Part shown: positions 20,167-29,344 of the stretch, piece by piece | Position numbering within the stretch: the first letter of the stretch is position 1 | How the letters are laid out: every line of letters starts with the position of its first letter | Assembly: GCA_016183365.1 (NCBI GenBank) | Contig: JACPES010000003.1 | Span: forward strand, 105,467 to 169,466 | Source of the DNA: Candidatus Collierbacteria bacterium | GTDB taxonomy: Bacteria > Patescibacteriota > Microgenomatia > UBA1400 > JACPES01 | Length of the DNA: 64,000 bases | Reading direction: 5' to 3' | Position numbers and translations under genes: made by a program | Notes under the pieces: generated by a model | What the model saw: only the letters and a program-made list of their open reading frames with translations | Database searches by the model: none | Told to the model about the DNA's origin: nothing

Positions 20167-20568
20167 ATGACAGATGTTTTTTCAAAGAAAAAGCGAAGCA
20201 GCATAATGTCCCTGATCGCCGGGAAAAACACGAAACCGGAGGTTATGGTCAGAAAAATTTTGTTTTCTTTGGGATATCGCTATCGATTGCATGTCTCTAA
20301 ATTACCGGGAAAGCCTGATATAGTTCTCGGTAAACAAAAAACGGCAATCTTCATAAACGGTTGTTTTTGGCATAAACATAATTGCGGTAAAAATGTAAAA
20401 CCAAGTACGAACATCAAGTTCTGGAAAAATAAACTGGATGAAAACGTAGAAAGACAAAAACAAAATATAAAAGAACTCAAAAATCTTGGTTGGAAACCAA
20501 TTATCATATGGGAATGCCAAACCAAGAAACAAAACCGACTGATTAACTTGTTACATAAAAGATTATGA
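20167..20568 (+). CDS. vsr: Very short patch repair endonuclease
   Basis: MTDVF..KRS.IMS, TKPE, LPGKPDIV, GCFWH, IIWECQ. Confidence 0.95.
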   Translation: MTDVFSKKKRSSIMSLIAGKNTKPEVMVRKILFSLGYRYRLHVSKLPGKPDIVLGKQKTAIFINGCFWHKHNCGKNVKPSTNIKFWKNKLDENVERQKQNIKELKNLGWKPIIIWECQTKKQNRLINLLHKRL

Positions 20569-21680
20569 AAAACAATATAAATCCAACATTCATAGATTTA
20601 TTTGCCGGAGCCGGGGGTTTGTCTATCGGACTTGAGCAGGCGGGGTTTAAGTTGGTTGCCGCAACCGATTGGGATCATTGGAGTTGCGAAACGTTGTGTG
20701 CAAATCATAAAAATATCATTGTAGAAGAAGGAGATATTTCCCTAGTTGATCTCGATGTGTTTCAAAAGAAGCTTCCGGTATCTGATGTAGATATGATAGT
20801 AGGAGGGCCGCCGTGTCAAGGATTTAGTGCTTTAGGCAAAAGATTAGTGAATGATCCAAGGAATCAGCTGTGGCGACAATACATGCGTTTTGTTGAGCAC
20901 TTTCTTCCAAAAGTATTTTTAATGGAAAATGTTCCCGAATTACTGAAGAGTCAGGAGTTTGCAGAAGTTAAATCTACGGCGGAACGACTCGGTTATATTA
21001 TTGAAGCAAAAATATTGCATGCAGTTGATTACGGAGTGCCGCAAAAACGGAAACGAGCAATCATAATCGGAAGCAGAATAGGAGCGCCAAAACACCCGGA
21101 GCCAACGCATCATGGCTTTGGTCAAATGTCGATTGATTCAAACGGAAAGGATCCGTGGAGGACAGTGGGTGATGTTATTCGAGATCTTCCGTTGGAGCCG
21201 GATGGAGAGAATTGGCACGTGGGAAGAAACCCAACGGCTAAATCACTAGCTAGATATAAGACAGTGCCTCCGGGCGGGAACAGATTTAATCTGCCGATTG
21301 AGCTCATGCCGAATTGCTGGATAAAAAAGAAAACGGGATCGACGGACGTTTTTGGAAGGTTAGAATGGAGTAAGCCCTCGTTGACAATAAGGACGGAATT
21401 TTTTAAGCCGGAAAAAGGAAGATATTTGCACCCGCAAGCCCATCGGCCGATTACGGTTAGGGAGGCGGCTAGGCTTCAGACATTTCCGGACAATTATATA
21501 TTAGTCGGATCTCATATAAACGTCGCCAAACAGGTTGGTAATGCCGTTCCGTGTGAATTGGCGAGAAAAGTGGGATTAGAAATACGTAAATTATTTGAGG
21601 TTGTTCTTGATGAGATCAAGCAGAAGAGCGTTGACAGTGATGCCTCTTTTCCCCGCGACTTCAGTTATCTTCAAACGTAG
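20565..21680 (+). CDS. dcm: DNA cytosine-5 methyltransferase
   Basis: DLFAGAGG, GGPPCQGFS, ENV, QKRKR, REAARLQTFP, QVGNAVP. Confidence 0.93.
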   Translation: MKNNINPTFIDLFAGAGGLSIGLEQAGFKLVAATDWDHWSCETLCANHKNIIVEEGDISLVDLDVFQKKLPVSDVDMIVGGPPCQGFSALGKRLVNDPRNQLWRQYMRFVEHFLPKVFLMENVPELLKSQEFAEVKSTAERLGYIIEAKILHAVDYGVPQKRKRAIIIGSRIGAPKHPEPTHHGFGQMSIDSNGKDPWRTVGDVIRDLPLEPDGENWHVGRNPTAKSLARYKTVPPGGNRFNLPIELMPNCWIKKKTGSTDVFGRLEWSKPSLTIRTEFFKPEKGRYLHPQAHRPITVREAARLQTFPDNYILVGSHINVAKQVGNAVPCELARKVGLEIRKLFEVVLDEIKQKSVDSDASFPRDFSYLQT

Positions 21681-22190
21681 GTCATCAGACAGGTTAAGGG
21701 TAATAATTTTATTTTTTGCCGTTTCGGGGTAAGCTAGGAGAGATTTTTTACCCGCATTGCATCTGCTGCAGAGTGTCCATAAGTTATTTTCTGTCGTTTT
21801 TCCTCCGAGTGTTAGCGGCTTTATGTGATCAATCTCCAATTTTACCCGTATCCCATCGGAAGATTTATCCTTATTTGTGTTCCCGCAAGTCTGACAGGTG
21901 TAATTATCCCGTTCAAGAATTTTAGACCGTAGCTTCAGGTTAATATATTTGTCCGCCGACTTTGTAGATTTTTTTACTGATTTAAGAATGTAACCTCTGT
22001 CACTATTTACGTATTTAATTTTCCAGCCCTCCGCGCGCAACTCTCGAATTCTTCGCGCGTAATTGTGTTGGCCGGAAACTTGTATCAATTCCTCGTTGGT
22101 AACGATTTTACCAAGCTTGGCATACAACGCATCGAGCAACTTTTGCCAGACTCCGTTTTTTGAGCTGGTTGGTTTATCGATTGCTTTCAT
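21591..22190 (-). CDS. HNH endonuclease (putative cognate restriction enzyme) with N-terminal wHTH and C-terminal RHH-like tail
   Basis: RRIRELR, RDNYTCQTCG, LEIDHIKP...GG....NLWTLCSRCN. Confidence 0.85.
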   Translation of the reverse strand: MKAIDKPTSSKNGVWQKLLDALYAKLGKIVTNEELIQVSGQHNYARRIRELRAEGWKIKYVNSDRGYILKSVKKSTKSADKYINLKLRSKILERDNYTCQTCGNTNKDKSSDGIRVKLEIDHIKPLTLGGKTTENNLWTLCSRCNAGKKSLLAYPETAKNKIITLNLSDDLRLKITEVAGKRGITVNALLLDLIKNNLK

Positions 22191-22402
22191 AAATTATCGA
22201 GTAAGTCAGAAATTCTTATTTTTAGCGCTTTGGCAATTTTTTCGATGTTCTCAAGTGTAATATTTTTTTCCGCACGTTCAATCATTCCTATATATGTTCT
22301 GTGCACTCCCACAATATCTGCAAACTGCTCTTGCGACAATTTTTGTTTAAGTCGCTCTTCGCGGACTTTTTGTCCAAATTTAATAAGGATATCTTTTTTC
22401 AT
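22187..22402 (-). CDS. XRE-family controller (C) protein of the restriction-modification system
   Basis: LSQEQFA..GVHRTYIGMIERAEKNITLENI; directly precedes the nuclease. Confidence 0.85.
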   Translation of the reverse strand: MKKDILIKFGQKVREERLKQKLSQEQFADIVGVHRTYIGMIERAEKNITLENIEKIAKALKIRISDLLDNL

Positions 22403-22569
22403 TGTTCTGACAAGAATTATAGGTAGTTGCTAACTTTGATGCTACATACTATAGTTAGCGAAGATATTTTTGAAAATTTTTGTGGGGAAGTTTTGGGTTG
22501 AAATTTCAACCGTTCGAACAGGCCCGCATCGCGCAGAACTTTCCAACGTATTCACCCTCTTTGTCATTT

Positions 22570-22676
22570 CTAGTCGGGTTTTCGGGACCGAAAATTCCGA
22601 CGGCAGCGTGACGGCTCAAAATATTCAACTAGATCCAACACGGGGAGGAATGTTTGGCCAACACTCAGGTAATTGA
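22570..22676 (+). pseudogene. C-terminal fragment of a DUF5666-like protein at the island's right edge
   Basis: VFGTENSDGSVTAQNIQL ending without a credible N-terminus. Confidence 0.5.
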
Positions 22677-22744
22677 GATAGATAATGTTGACGTCTAATA
22701 CCCCGGTGGAATATTCTATTTCTTGAGGAAAGGAGGTGAAAAAT

Positions 22745-23011
22745 ATGAAGCATGAACCAAATGCCACTGCCAACGCCGCGGCTGTAACAGTGGCAATAAT
22801 TTTTATTTTTTGCCGGTTGGCTGTGGCTCTTTTACCTGATCTGACGATGGCGATTGCCCAATCGTGGTTCCATGGATTGGAAATAAGCAAGATTTCCGGA
22901 TGGAATCTGTCGCTTAGTTCATTTATCCTGGGATTGGTTACGTCTGCCGGAGGGACTTGGCTAGTTGGCTACGTTTTTGCCAATACTTACAACTATTTTG
23001 TAAAAAAATAG
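22745..23011 (+). CDS. DUF5676-like membrane protein
   Basis: AGGAGG RBS; SWFHGL; FILGLV...YN pattern. Confidence 0.7.
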   Translation: MKHEPNATANAAAVTVAIIFIFCRLAVALLPDLTMAIAQSWFHGLEISKISGWNLSLSSFILGLVTSAGGTWLVGYVFANTYNYFVKK

Positions 23012-23068
23012 CCGTCAGGAACATTCGATTCATTGAATATTTTCCCGGGGTACTCTATAATGGCGGGG

Positions 23069-23236
23069 ATGAATGGTAAAAAAATCTTTGTCGTCTGTCT
23101 AGGATTGGCCGTTATCGCGGTCATCGCAGTTTCTGTTTTCAAAGTATCTGCCGGAACGTTGTTTTTTGCCGGCGCTATTTTGGCATGTCCGCTTATGCAC
23201 GTCTGGATGATGAAAGATGGAAAACACAAACATTAG
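23069..23236 (+). CDS. DUF2933-like small membrane protein
   Basis: LACPLMHVWMM..GKHKH. Confidence 0.7.
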   Translation: MNGKKIFVVCLGLAVIAVIAVSVFKVSAGTLFFAGAILACPLMHVWMMKDGKHKH

Positions 23237-23239
23237 TTT

Positions 23240-24103
23240 ATGAATTCTCTGATCGGCTTTTCGGCAGTTACTTCTTTTATCGCCGGCAGCGCGGCGTTAT
23301 TCGCCCCTTGCTGTATTGGTGTTTTGCTCCCTTCGTATTTCGGTTCAGTCTTCAAACAGAGAACAATGATATTTTTTATGACGTTTGTCTATTTCTTAGG
23401 ACTGTTAACGGTATTTTTGCCGATCGGTTTGGGAATCTCGTTTGTAGGGATTGTTTTAAGGGAATACCACAGTGTCCTTTTTTCCGTAGGAGCTATTTTT
23501 ATGATGCTGTTGGGGATTTTTCTTTTAGCCGGAAAGCAGTTTGCCATACCTTCGCCGGTCCATCCGCGACTATCTAAATATACCGTTGGTTCGATTTTTA
23601 TCCTGGGAATTTTTTCAGCCATTTCGACTACCTGCTGCGCGCCGGTTTTAATCGGAGTATTGACAGTTTCATCTCTGGCCGGATCTTTGATATTGGGCGG
23701 ACTCTATACCGTAAGTTACGTTTTAGGGATGGCGTTGCCGTTATTTCTGATTGCCGTGGTTTTAGATAAAACCGGCATAACCAACAAACTCTGGCTGTTC
23801 CGCCGGAGCATAAAAATTAAAGTTGCTGGAATTAGTTGGTCTATCCTAATTTCCAATTTGATTGCCGGGACAACATTTGTTCTTTTTGGCGCTTATGTTT
23901 TATATTTATCTTTGACAAATAAATTATTAATGCAATCAGACGCGCAATTTAAGGCAAACCTTTGGTTGGCTGGGATTAATCGGACAGCCTCAAATTTAAC
24001 CAGTCCGGTAATTGAGTATCTGGGAGCCGGGCTGGTTATAGCTATCATGATTTTGATTGTCAAATTATCCATTAGACAATTTAAGGAAAGGGGGTGGAAA
24101 TAA
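23240..24103 (+). CDS. Cytochrome c biogenesis CcdA/DsbD-type membrane protein
   Basis: FAPCC..LLPSY and TCCAPVL motifs; YVLGMALPL. Confidence 0.85.
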   Translation: MNSLIGFSAVTSFIAGSAALFAPCCIGVLLPSYFGSVFKQRTMIFFMTFVYFLGLLTVFLPIGLGISFVGIVLREYHSVLFSVGAIFMMLLGIFLLAGKQFAIPSPVHPRLSKYTVGSIFILGIFSAISTTCCAPVLIGVLTVSSLAGSLILGGLYTVSYVLGMALPLFLIAVVLDKTGITNKLWLFRRSIKIKVAGISWSILISNLIAGTTFVLFGAYVLYLSLTNKLLMQSDAQFKANLWLAGINRTASNLTSPVIEYLGAGLVIAIMILIVKLSIRQFKERGWK

Positions 24104-24738
24104 TGAAAAGAAAAGATTGGATATTATTATTGTTTGGTAGCGGTATTTTAACGTCTCTAATAGTACTAATTTTGCGCTTACCTCCGGTTTCGCCCAAGCC
24201 CCAGATCAGTCAGGCCACATCCACGGACGATCACCACAAACCACAACCCGCAAATGAGGCGGTGTTTAAGAACTTGCTGAATAAACCGGCGCCGGATTTT
24301 TCTTTGGTTGACTATAATGGCCGGACCGTCAATCTCAAGTCGTTGCAGGGAAAAAATGTATTGCTGTTTTTTAACGAAGGGCTGATGTGTTATCCGGCTT
24401 GTTGGAATCAAATTGTCGCTTTTGGAAAAGATGCGGCTTTGAAACAAGCCGGGGTGACGATTCTAAACATCACCGTTGATACCAAATCCCAGTGGGCGGA
24501 AGCAATCGCCAAAATGCCGGAATTGGCCCCAGCCACCGTTCTTTTTGACAAAGATAAAAAAGCATCTGCCAGTTATGGTGTTTTGGATCTGGCATCGTCG
24601 ATGCACCGGGGCCAATTTCCGGGGCATTCTTATGTTTTGATTGATAAAAACGGAGAAGTGAAGTTCGTTTGGGATGACCCGCAAATGGCCGTTAGAAATT
24701 CCGAGTTATTGGCCAAGGTTAACGAGTTGCCAAAATAG
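24103..24738 (+). CDS. AhpC/TSA redoxin-family protein
   Basis: APDFSL, MCYPAC, LIDKNG. Confidence 0.8.
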   Translation: MKRKDWILLLFGSGILTSLIVLILRLPPVSPKPQISQATSTDDHHKPQPANEAVFKNLLNKPAPDFSLVDYNGRTVNLKSLQGKNVLLFFNEGLMCYPACWNQIVAFGKDAALKQAGVTILNITVDTKSQWAEAIAKMPELAPATVLFDKDKKASASYGVLDLASSMHRGQFPGHSYVLIDKNGEVKFVWDDPQMAVRNSELLAKVNELPK

Positions 24739-24778
24739 GCTTTGACAAATAGTGGGTCAATCGGCTACATTAGTTTCA

Positions 24779-25615
24779 ATGATGAGAGTCTTAAAAAATT
24801 CCGGCCAAATGGAACCGTTTGACCCCAAAAAGGTCGAGCGGTCTTTGCGGAATTCCGGGGCTGATGATAGATTGATTGATTCAATTTTAATTAAGATCAA
24901 TCAGGAGATATTTGACGGGATTTCCACCCGAAAGCTTTATGAGCGGATTTATGGCTTACTCCATAAAGAGAAACAGTCTGTTGGCGACAGATACAATTTG
25001 AAATCGGCGATTGCGGAATTGGGGCCGACCGGATACCCGTTTGAAAAATTTATCGCCAGGCTTTTGACCCACAGCGGCTATCAAACCCAAACCAACATTA
25101 TCGCTCCCGGAAAGTGCGTCACCCACGAAATTGATGTGGTGGCGATTAAAGGGAAAGAACGGCTGATGGTGGAGTGTAAATTTCATACCCGGCCCGAAGG
25201 CCGGTCCGACGTCAAAGTGGCTTTGTACATTAAGGCCAGATTTGATGATTTGGTATCCGGATCCAAAAAATCTGCCCAAAATTTAAAATTTCATCGGGCA
25301 TGGCTGGTAACCAATACCAAATTGACCTACGACGCCATCACCTATGGAGAATGCGTCGGATTAAAAATGTTGGCCTGGAGTTATCCTAAAATTGGATCTT
25401 TGCAGTATTTAATTGAAGGATCCGGCCTTCATCCGGTCACCTGTTTGTCTTCGCTGTCGGCAGATCAGAAACAGAAACTATTGTCAGCAGATATAGTTTT
25501 ATGCCACGACATGATGAATAAAAAAGATGAGGTGATTAAGCTACTCGGCCTGCCAAGACCAGCCGCCAATCTTCTGTTTAAACAAATATCCGCCCTCTGC
25601 GGAATCGATTCTTAA
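24779..25615 (+). CDS. ATP-cone plus Mrr-like PD-(D/E)XK domain protein
   Basis: EPFDPKKV ATP cone; GPTGYPFEKF, HEIDV, VECKFH, LVTNTK. Confidence 0.85.
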   Translation: MMRVLKNSGQMEPFDPKKVERSLRNSGADDRLIDSILIKINQEIFDGISTRKLYERIYGLLHKEKQSVGDRYNLKSAIAELGPTGYPFEKFIARLLTHSGYQTQTNIIAPGKCVTHEIDVVAIKGKERLMVECKFHTRPEGRSDVKVALYIKARFDDLVSGSKKSAQNLKFHRAWLVTNTKLTYDAITYGECVGLKMLAWSYPKIGSLQYLIEGSGLHPVTCLSSLSADQKQKLLSADIVLCHDMMNKKDEVIKLLGLPRPAANLLFKQISALCGIDS

Positions 25616-25857
25616 TTGTGACTTTAGAAGTATTTAGCAATGACCAGCGGGTTTGTTATGTATATAAAAAAATGGGATTTACGGAGTTTGAAGTTTTGCC
25701 AAAGTCAGTGGTTCACCGGGGAGAAATTATTAATTTGATACAAATGTATAAAAAAGATGACTTCTAATCTCCAAAATAAAATCGGAAAATCCCGATTTCT
25801 TACTTCATCATCCCGAAGAATCGGTTAGTCTAATTGCTTCCGAAGCATAGAATATAC

Positions 25858-25893
25858 TTGACAATAGATATCGATATTTTAAAATATTGATAT
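25858..25893 (+). promoter_or_regulatory. Promoter TTGACA-N16-TAAAAT overlapped by a family B palindrome (25868-25893)
   Basis: ATATCGATAT-TTTAAA-ATATTGATAT ends 5 bp before the ATG of the TrpR-like gene. Confidence 0.7.
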
Positions 25894-25898
25894 ATTAT

Positions 25899-26351
25899 AT
25901 GGCGCAAATTTCCCGTCGTTTTATAAAACCAAAAGTCGGAGCCAAGATCCAGAATCTTTTAATTGATTGCATCCAAAGATGCAACGATCAGAAAACTACC
26001 GTTAGTTTTGTTGAAAGTCTGTTGACTGAAACCGAAAAAACAATGTTGGCCAAGCGGATTGCCATCGCCCTAATGATCCTTAAGGGGGAGGATTACGAAA
26101 GAATTGATAATACTCTCAAAGTCTCAAAGGCTACGATTTGGAGGGTAAAAATATGGCTGGATACTAAGGGCTTCGGTTTCCGCTCTTTACTAAACGAAGT
26201 TCTTAAACATGATTCTGCTAAAGACCGTGAGAAAAAAAATCGGCTCGACAATGCAATAAATGATAATCCACTGTGGAGTGGCCCAGGAAACTGGTCGGCC
26301 AGAAAAAAGAACCAATGGCAGAAAGTTAAAGAAGCCGAGGAACCATTTTAA
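25899..26351 (+). CDS. TrpR-like (YerC/YecD) protein
   Basis: LLTETEKTMLAKRIAIALM..G..Y..I...LKVS.ATI.RV helix-turn-helix pattern. Confidence 0.85.
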   Translation: MAQISRRFIKPKVGAKIQNLLIDCIQRCNDQKTTVSFVESLLTETEKTMLAKRIAIALMILKGEDYERIDNTLKVSKATIWRVKIWLDTKGFGFRSLLNEVLKHDSAKDREKKNRLDNAINDNPLWSGPGNWSARKKNQWQKVKEAEEPF

Positions 26352-26383
26352 TTATATCGATATTTTAAAATATCGATATAATT
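26350..26383. repeat. Perfect 34-bp palindrome, family B core ATATCGATAT-TTTAAA-ATATCGATAT
   Basis: Read directly; overlaps the stop codon of the TrpR-like gene. Confidence 0.9.
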
Positions 26384-26405
26384 TATTTTTCAAAACTTTT
26401 TGGAA

Positions 26406-27140
26406 ATGGATATAGATTTCGATAATGAACATGATTGGTTTAGAGAGAGATTGAAAGAGTCGGGAGATGAAAAACGGGCAACTGGCGAGAAGAAATATTT
26501 GAAGTCGCCATGGAAGTTTTACGGAGTTTCGGTGCCGCAGCGGTACAAAATTATCAAAGACTGGTTTAAAAAACATCAACCGCTTCAGCCTGATGAGGCC
26601 GGGAAATTAGCAGAAAGTTTATGGGATAGTGAATGGCATGAAGAGAAATCCTTGGCGATTGAAATTCTACAATTGGTTTCCGGTCGTTTGACTGTTAAAC
26701 AAATGCCGCTGGTGGAGAAAATGATTAACGAAGTCACCGGTTGGGACCACTTGGACGAAATCGCCATCCATGTCGTTGGCGCCATGATTGATAATGATAT
26801 GGCGGCATTGAAATATCTGCCCAAATGGACCAAGTCAAAAAATTTTTGGGTTCGGCGGGCGGCGATTTTATCTCAAATTCTGCAATTTAGGCGCCGTGAC
26901 GGTGACAAGAAATTATTTTGCGAACTGGTTGTACCGATGTTTGATGAAGGCGTGCGTTGGTCAAAAGAAGAAAGATTTTTCATCCGCAAAGCCATAGGTT
27001 GGACCTTAAGAGAAATTGCCAATGTTGAACCGGAAGTAGCATTTAACTTTGTCAAGCGGTATAAACATAAAATGTCCGGCCTGACTTTCCGCGAAGCCAG
27101 CCGTAAATTGCCGGTGAAATTTCGCGACCTTCTCGGCTAG
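26406..27140 (+). CDS. DNA alkylation repair enzyme (AlkD-like)
   Basis: YGVSVP, LWDSEWHEE, WDHLD, W..S.NFWVRR, FFIRKAIGWTLRE. Confidence 0.88.
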   Translation: MDIDFDNEHDWFRERLKESGDEKRATGEKKYLKSPWKFYGVSVPQRYKIIKDWFKKHQPLQPDEAGKLAESLWDSEWHEEKSLAIEILQLVSGRLTVKQMPLVEKMINEVTGWDHLDEIAIHVVGAMIDNDMAALKYLPKWTKSKNFWVRRAAILSQILQFRRRDGDKKLFCELVVPMFDEGVRWSKEERFFIRKAIGWTLREIANVEPEVAFNFVKRYKHKMSGLTFREASRKLPVKFRDLLG

Positions 27141-28048
27141 GCCTTTATTTTGTTTTTTTTAGTCAAGAACCAGGCAATCAAGGAAATCGGCACCCAAACC
27201 GGCGAGTAAACTCCGATCCAGATTATGGCCGAGCCGATATTACGCAGATTGGTAACCAGCGACCGCACTGCTAGTTTAAATACCACATTCGGCCGCCAGG
27301 GATCGGCCGGAGAATACGGCAGCGAAAATTCGTCGGTGGACAGATACACCGTAATTTTCGACAATTTCGCCGACTGCGACAAATACTGCTGCTGGCCTTT
27401 TATCGAATCAATTTGCGACTGCAGATTAATCAGTTCCCGCTGAACATTCAATAAATCCTGCACTTGTGTCGCTTTATCCAAAATTTCTTCAAACTTCGCT
27501 TTTGTTTTATTCAATGTCGCCAACCTAGCTTCCAAATCCACATACTGATCAGTAATATCCCTTCCCGACACATTTTCGTCAACTACTCGCAGTCCCGCCC
27601 GCCGGAATGCCTCCAACGCTTCTGTCAATTTTTCTTCCGGCACCCGCACCGTAATCGTCCCGTTGGCCGATTCCTCCGGTTTAGACAGATGAGAGTTAAC
27701 CATGTATCCGCCCAAACTCTCTGTTTTCTGCTGGATGGTTTTGAGCGACTTGGAAGCGTCTTTGACTACCATAGACAGAGTTGTTTCACGGATTATCAAC
27801 CGATCTTGTCCGGAAGTCGGTGGGGCTTCAGAATCAGGCGGCAAGATTGAGCGCATCATGTTAGCGGCTCCTCCGCCAGTTTTAGGCAAAACCGCACCTG
27901 TCATCATTTCGCCGCCGAAGCGCTGTTGATTGAGTGACAAAGGACGAATCGGTCCGGGATAATTTTGTTGCCACAATAAATAGCCGACGGCGATTATCAA
28001 TACCACCGTCAGTTTATTTGATTTGAGCCAGTTAATTAATTTGCCCAT
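27137..28048 (-). CDS. DUF4349-domain protein
   Basis: ITVRVP, DITDQYVDLEARL, coiled coil, C-terminal TM. Confidence 0.85.
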   Translation of the reverse strand: MGKLINWLKSNKLTVVLIIAVGYLLWQQNYPGPIRPLSLNQQRFGGEMMTGAVLPKTGGGAANMMRSILPPDSEAPPTSGQDRLIIRETTLSMVVKDASKSLKTIQQKTESLGGYMVNSHLSKPEESANGTITVRVPEEKLTEALEAFRRAGLRVVDENVSGRDITDQYVDLEARLATLNKTKAKFEEILDKATQVQDLLNVQRELINLQSQIDSIKGQQQYLSQSAKLSKITVYLSTDEFSLPYSPADPWRPNVVFKLAVRSLVTNLRNIGSAIIWIGVYSPVWVPISLIAWFLTKKNKIKA

Positions 28049-28052
28049 AAGT

Positions 28053-28358
28053 TTAGTTTACTGTCCGGCTACCTGTTTGTCCAGTCTTTGAGTTGTTATC
28101 CAATTGATCTTTAAGCACCATCAGGAATTTTTTGGCGTGAGCCGGACTCATTCCGATCCGGGCCACCACTCTGGCTTGGGGAGTATTCCCCACCCGCTGG
28201 CAAAAATCAAATACCACCCCGTCTTCGCCGGCAGTGATCAGAATATTATTGGTATACAGAATTGGAGTCGTGTCCAGATTGATAGCCAGTTGCCCGCTTG
28301 CGGGCGAGGCAGACCCCGAGTTTTTCTTGTCTTCGCTCACAAAAATATTATATACCAC
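28053..28358 (-). CDS. DUF3467-domain protein
   Basis: YTNNI, VFDFCQ, VVARIGMSPAHAKKF. Confidence 0.75.
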   Translation of the reverse strand: MVYNIFVSEDKKNSGSASPASGQLAINLDTTPILYTNNILITAGEDGVVFDFCQRVGNTPQARVVARIGMSPAHAKKFLMVLKDQLDNNSKTGQTGSRTVN

Positions 28359-28402
28359 TTTTGTTTGTGTGGTTGGTTAAAGAATAACGACTAATAAGAT
28401 AT

Positions 28403-28741
28403 ATGAACGAAGGCTGGAGAATTTCGTGCGAATGGAGGCTGCAGAATGCCAGATACGGTACGATATCAGGGGGACTACGGGGGAGTATTTGTCCGGAAGG
28501 ACATTTACAGTTTCCGCCTAGAGAAATTTGCCCCGAATGCGCGGCAATTGGATATCATGGCTTGCGCCAATTTGATGAGAAGCCGGGAACTGTTGAAATA
28601 AAGCAATTTGAGCCATTGTTTTATCGGCAGAGACGACTGCTGCCGTAGAAAACTTATGATGAAGATCGTTGAGCTATCAGGCAAAGGAACTATTTATTCC
28701 TGGACAAGAGTCGGGAGGGATCATGCCTCGGCGAATACAAA
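28403..28741 (+). pseudogene. Degenerate DUF35 Zn-ribbon/OB-fold gene
   Basis: CPEGHLQFPPREICPEC, then ELSGKGTIYSWTRV in another frame; ends at a family A palindrome. Confidence 0.65.
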
Positions 28742-28767
28742 ACTTCAATTATTTAAATAATTGAAGT
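28742..28767. repeat. Family A palindrome ACTTCAATTA-TTTAAA-TAATTGAAGT (perfect, extends to 32 bp)
   Basis: Read directly; supplies the stop codon of the minus-strand NUDIX gene. Confidence 0.9.
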
Positions 28768-29268
28768 TTTTCCCCAGCTTTCAATTGCGGCGACGTTTGA
28801 AGAAAAGGCCATGTCCGGCAAATTATTTGGTTCAAACCAGCCGACTTCGACGACGTCACTGCCTTCGACTGCTTTTATTTCGCCATCGGGAATTTTAACT
28901 TCATAATAAATATCGGTGTTATATACATCTTGGCCTCCGAACGGATAATAGGTTGGTCCAAAAATGCCGGCCAACCTGACAATTTCTATTTCAATTTTCA
29001 GTTCTTCCCGCATTTCTCTTTTTATGCCCTCTTCTGCCAATTCCTGTTCTTCTAAAAATCCTCCCGGCAAATCCCATTTCCCCGCAAACGGCCCGGCCGC
29101 GCGCTTGCACAGCAGTACTTTCTTACTCTTGGCAATAATCGCCGATACCGTCGGCCGGGGATTATGGTAATGGACCCATCCGCATTTGCCGCATTTCTCC
29201 CGTGGAAATCCATCTTCGGTAAACGGCTCCATCCCCGTCCCGCATAAAGGACAAAACCTAAAAGTCAT
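28753..29268 (-). CDS. Zn-ribbon NUDIX hydrolase
   Basis: FCPLCG..CGKCGWVHYHNP; WDLPGGF...REMREE. Confidence 0.88.
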   Translation of the reverse strand: MTFRFCPLCGTGMEPFTEDGFPREKCGKCGWVHYHNPRPTVSAIIAKSKKVLLCKRAAGPFAGKWDLPGGFLEEQELAEEGIKREMREELKIEIEIVRLAGIFGPTYYPFGGQDVYNTDIYYEVKIPDGEIKAVEGSDVVEVGWFEPNNLPDMAFSSNVAAIESWGKTSII

Positions 29269-29306
29269 AATTTGATTGTATCGTATCGGATGAAAGACGG
29301 TTTGAG

Positions 29307-29337
29307 AGGCCTGGCCTTGCGAAGTAAGGCCAGGCCT
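29307..29337. repeat. REP-like palindrome AGGCCTGGCCTT-N7-AAGGCCAGGCCT
   Basis: Perfect 12-bp arms; related copy in frame at 31041-31074. Confidence 0.75.
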
Positions 29338-29344
29338 TATTTGA

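Noticed and set aside
28742-28767. Canonical chromosomal dif site
   Set aside because: It is fully symmetric, multi-copy and lacks the TTATGTTAAA XerD arm; only the geometry is similar.
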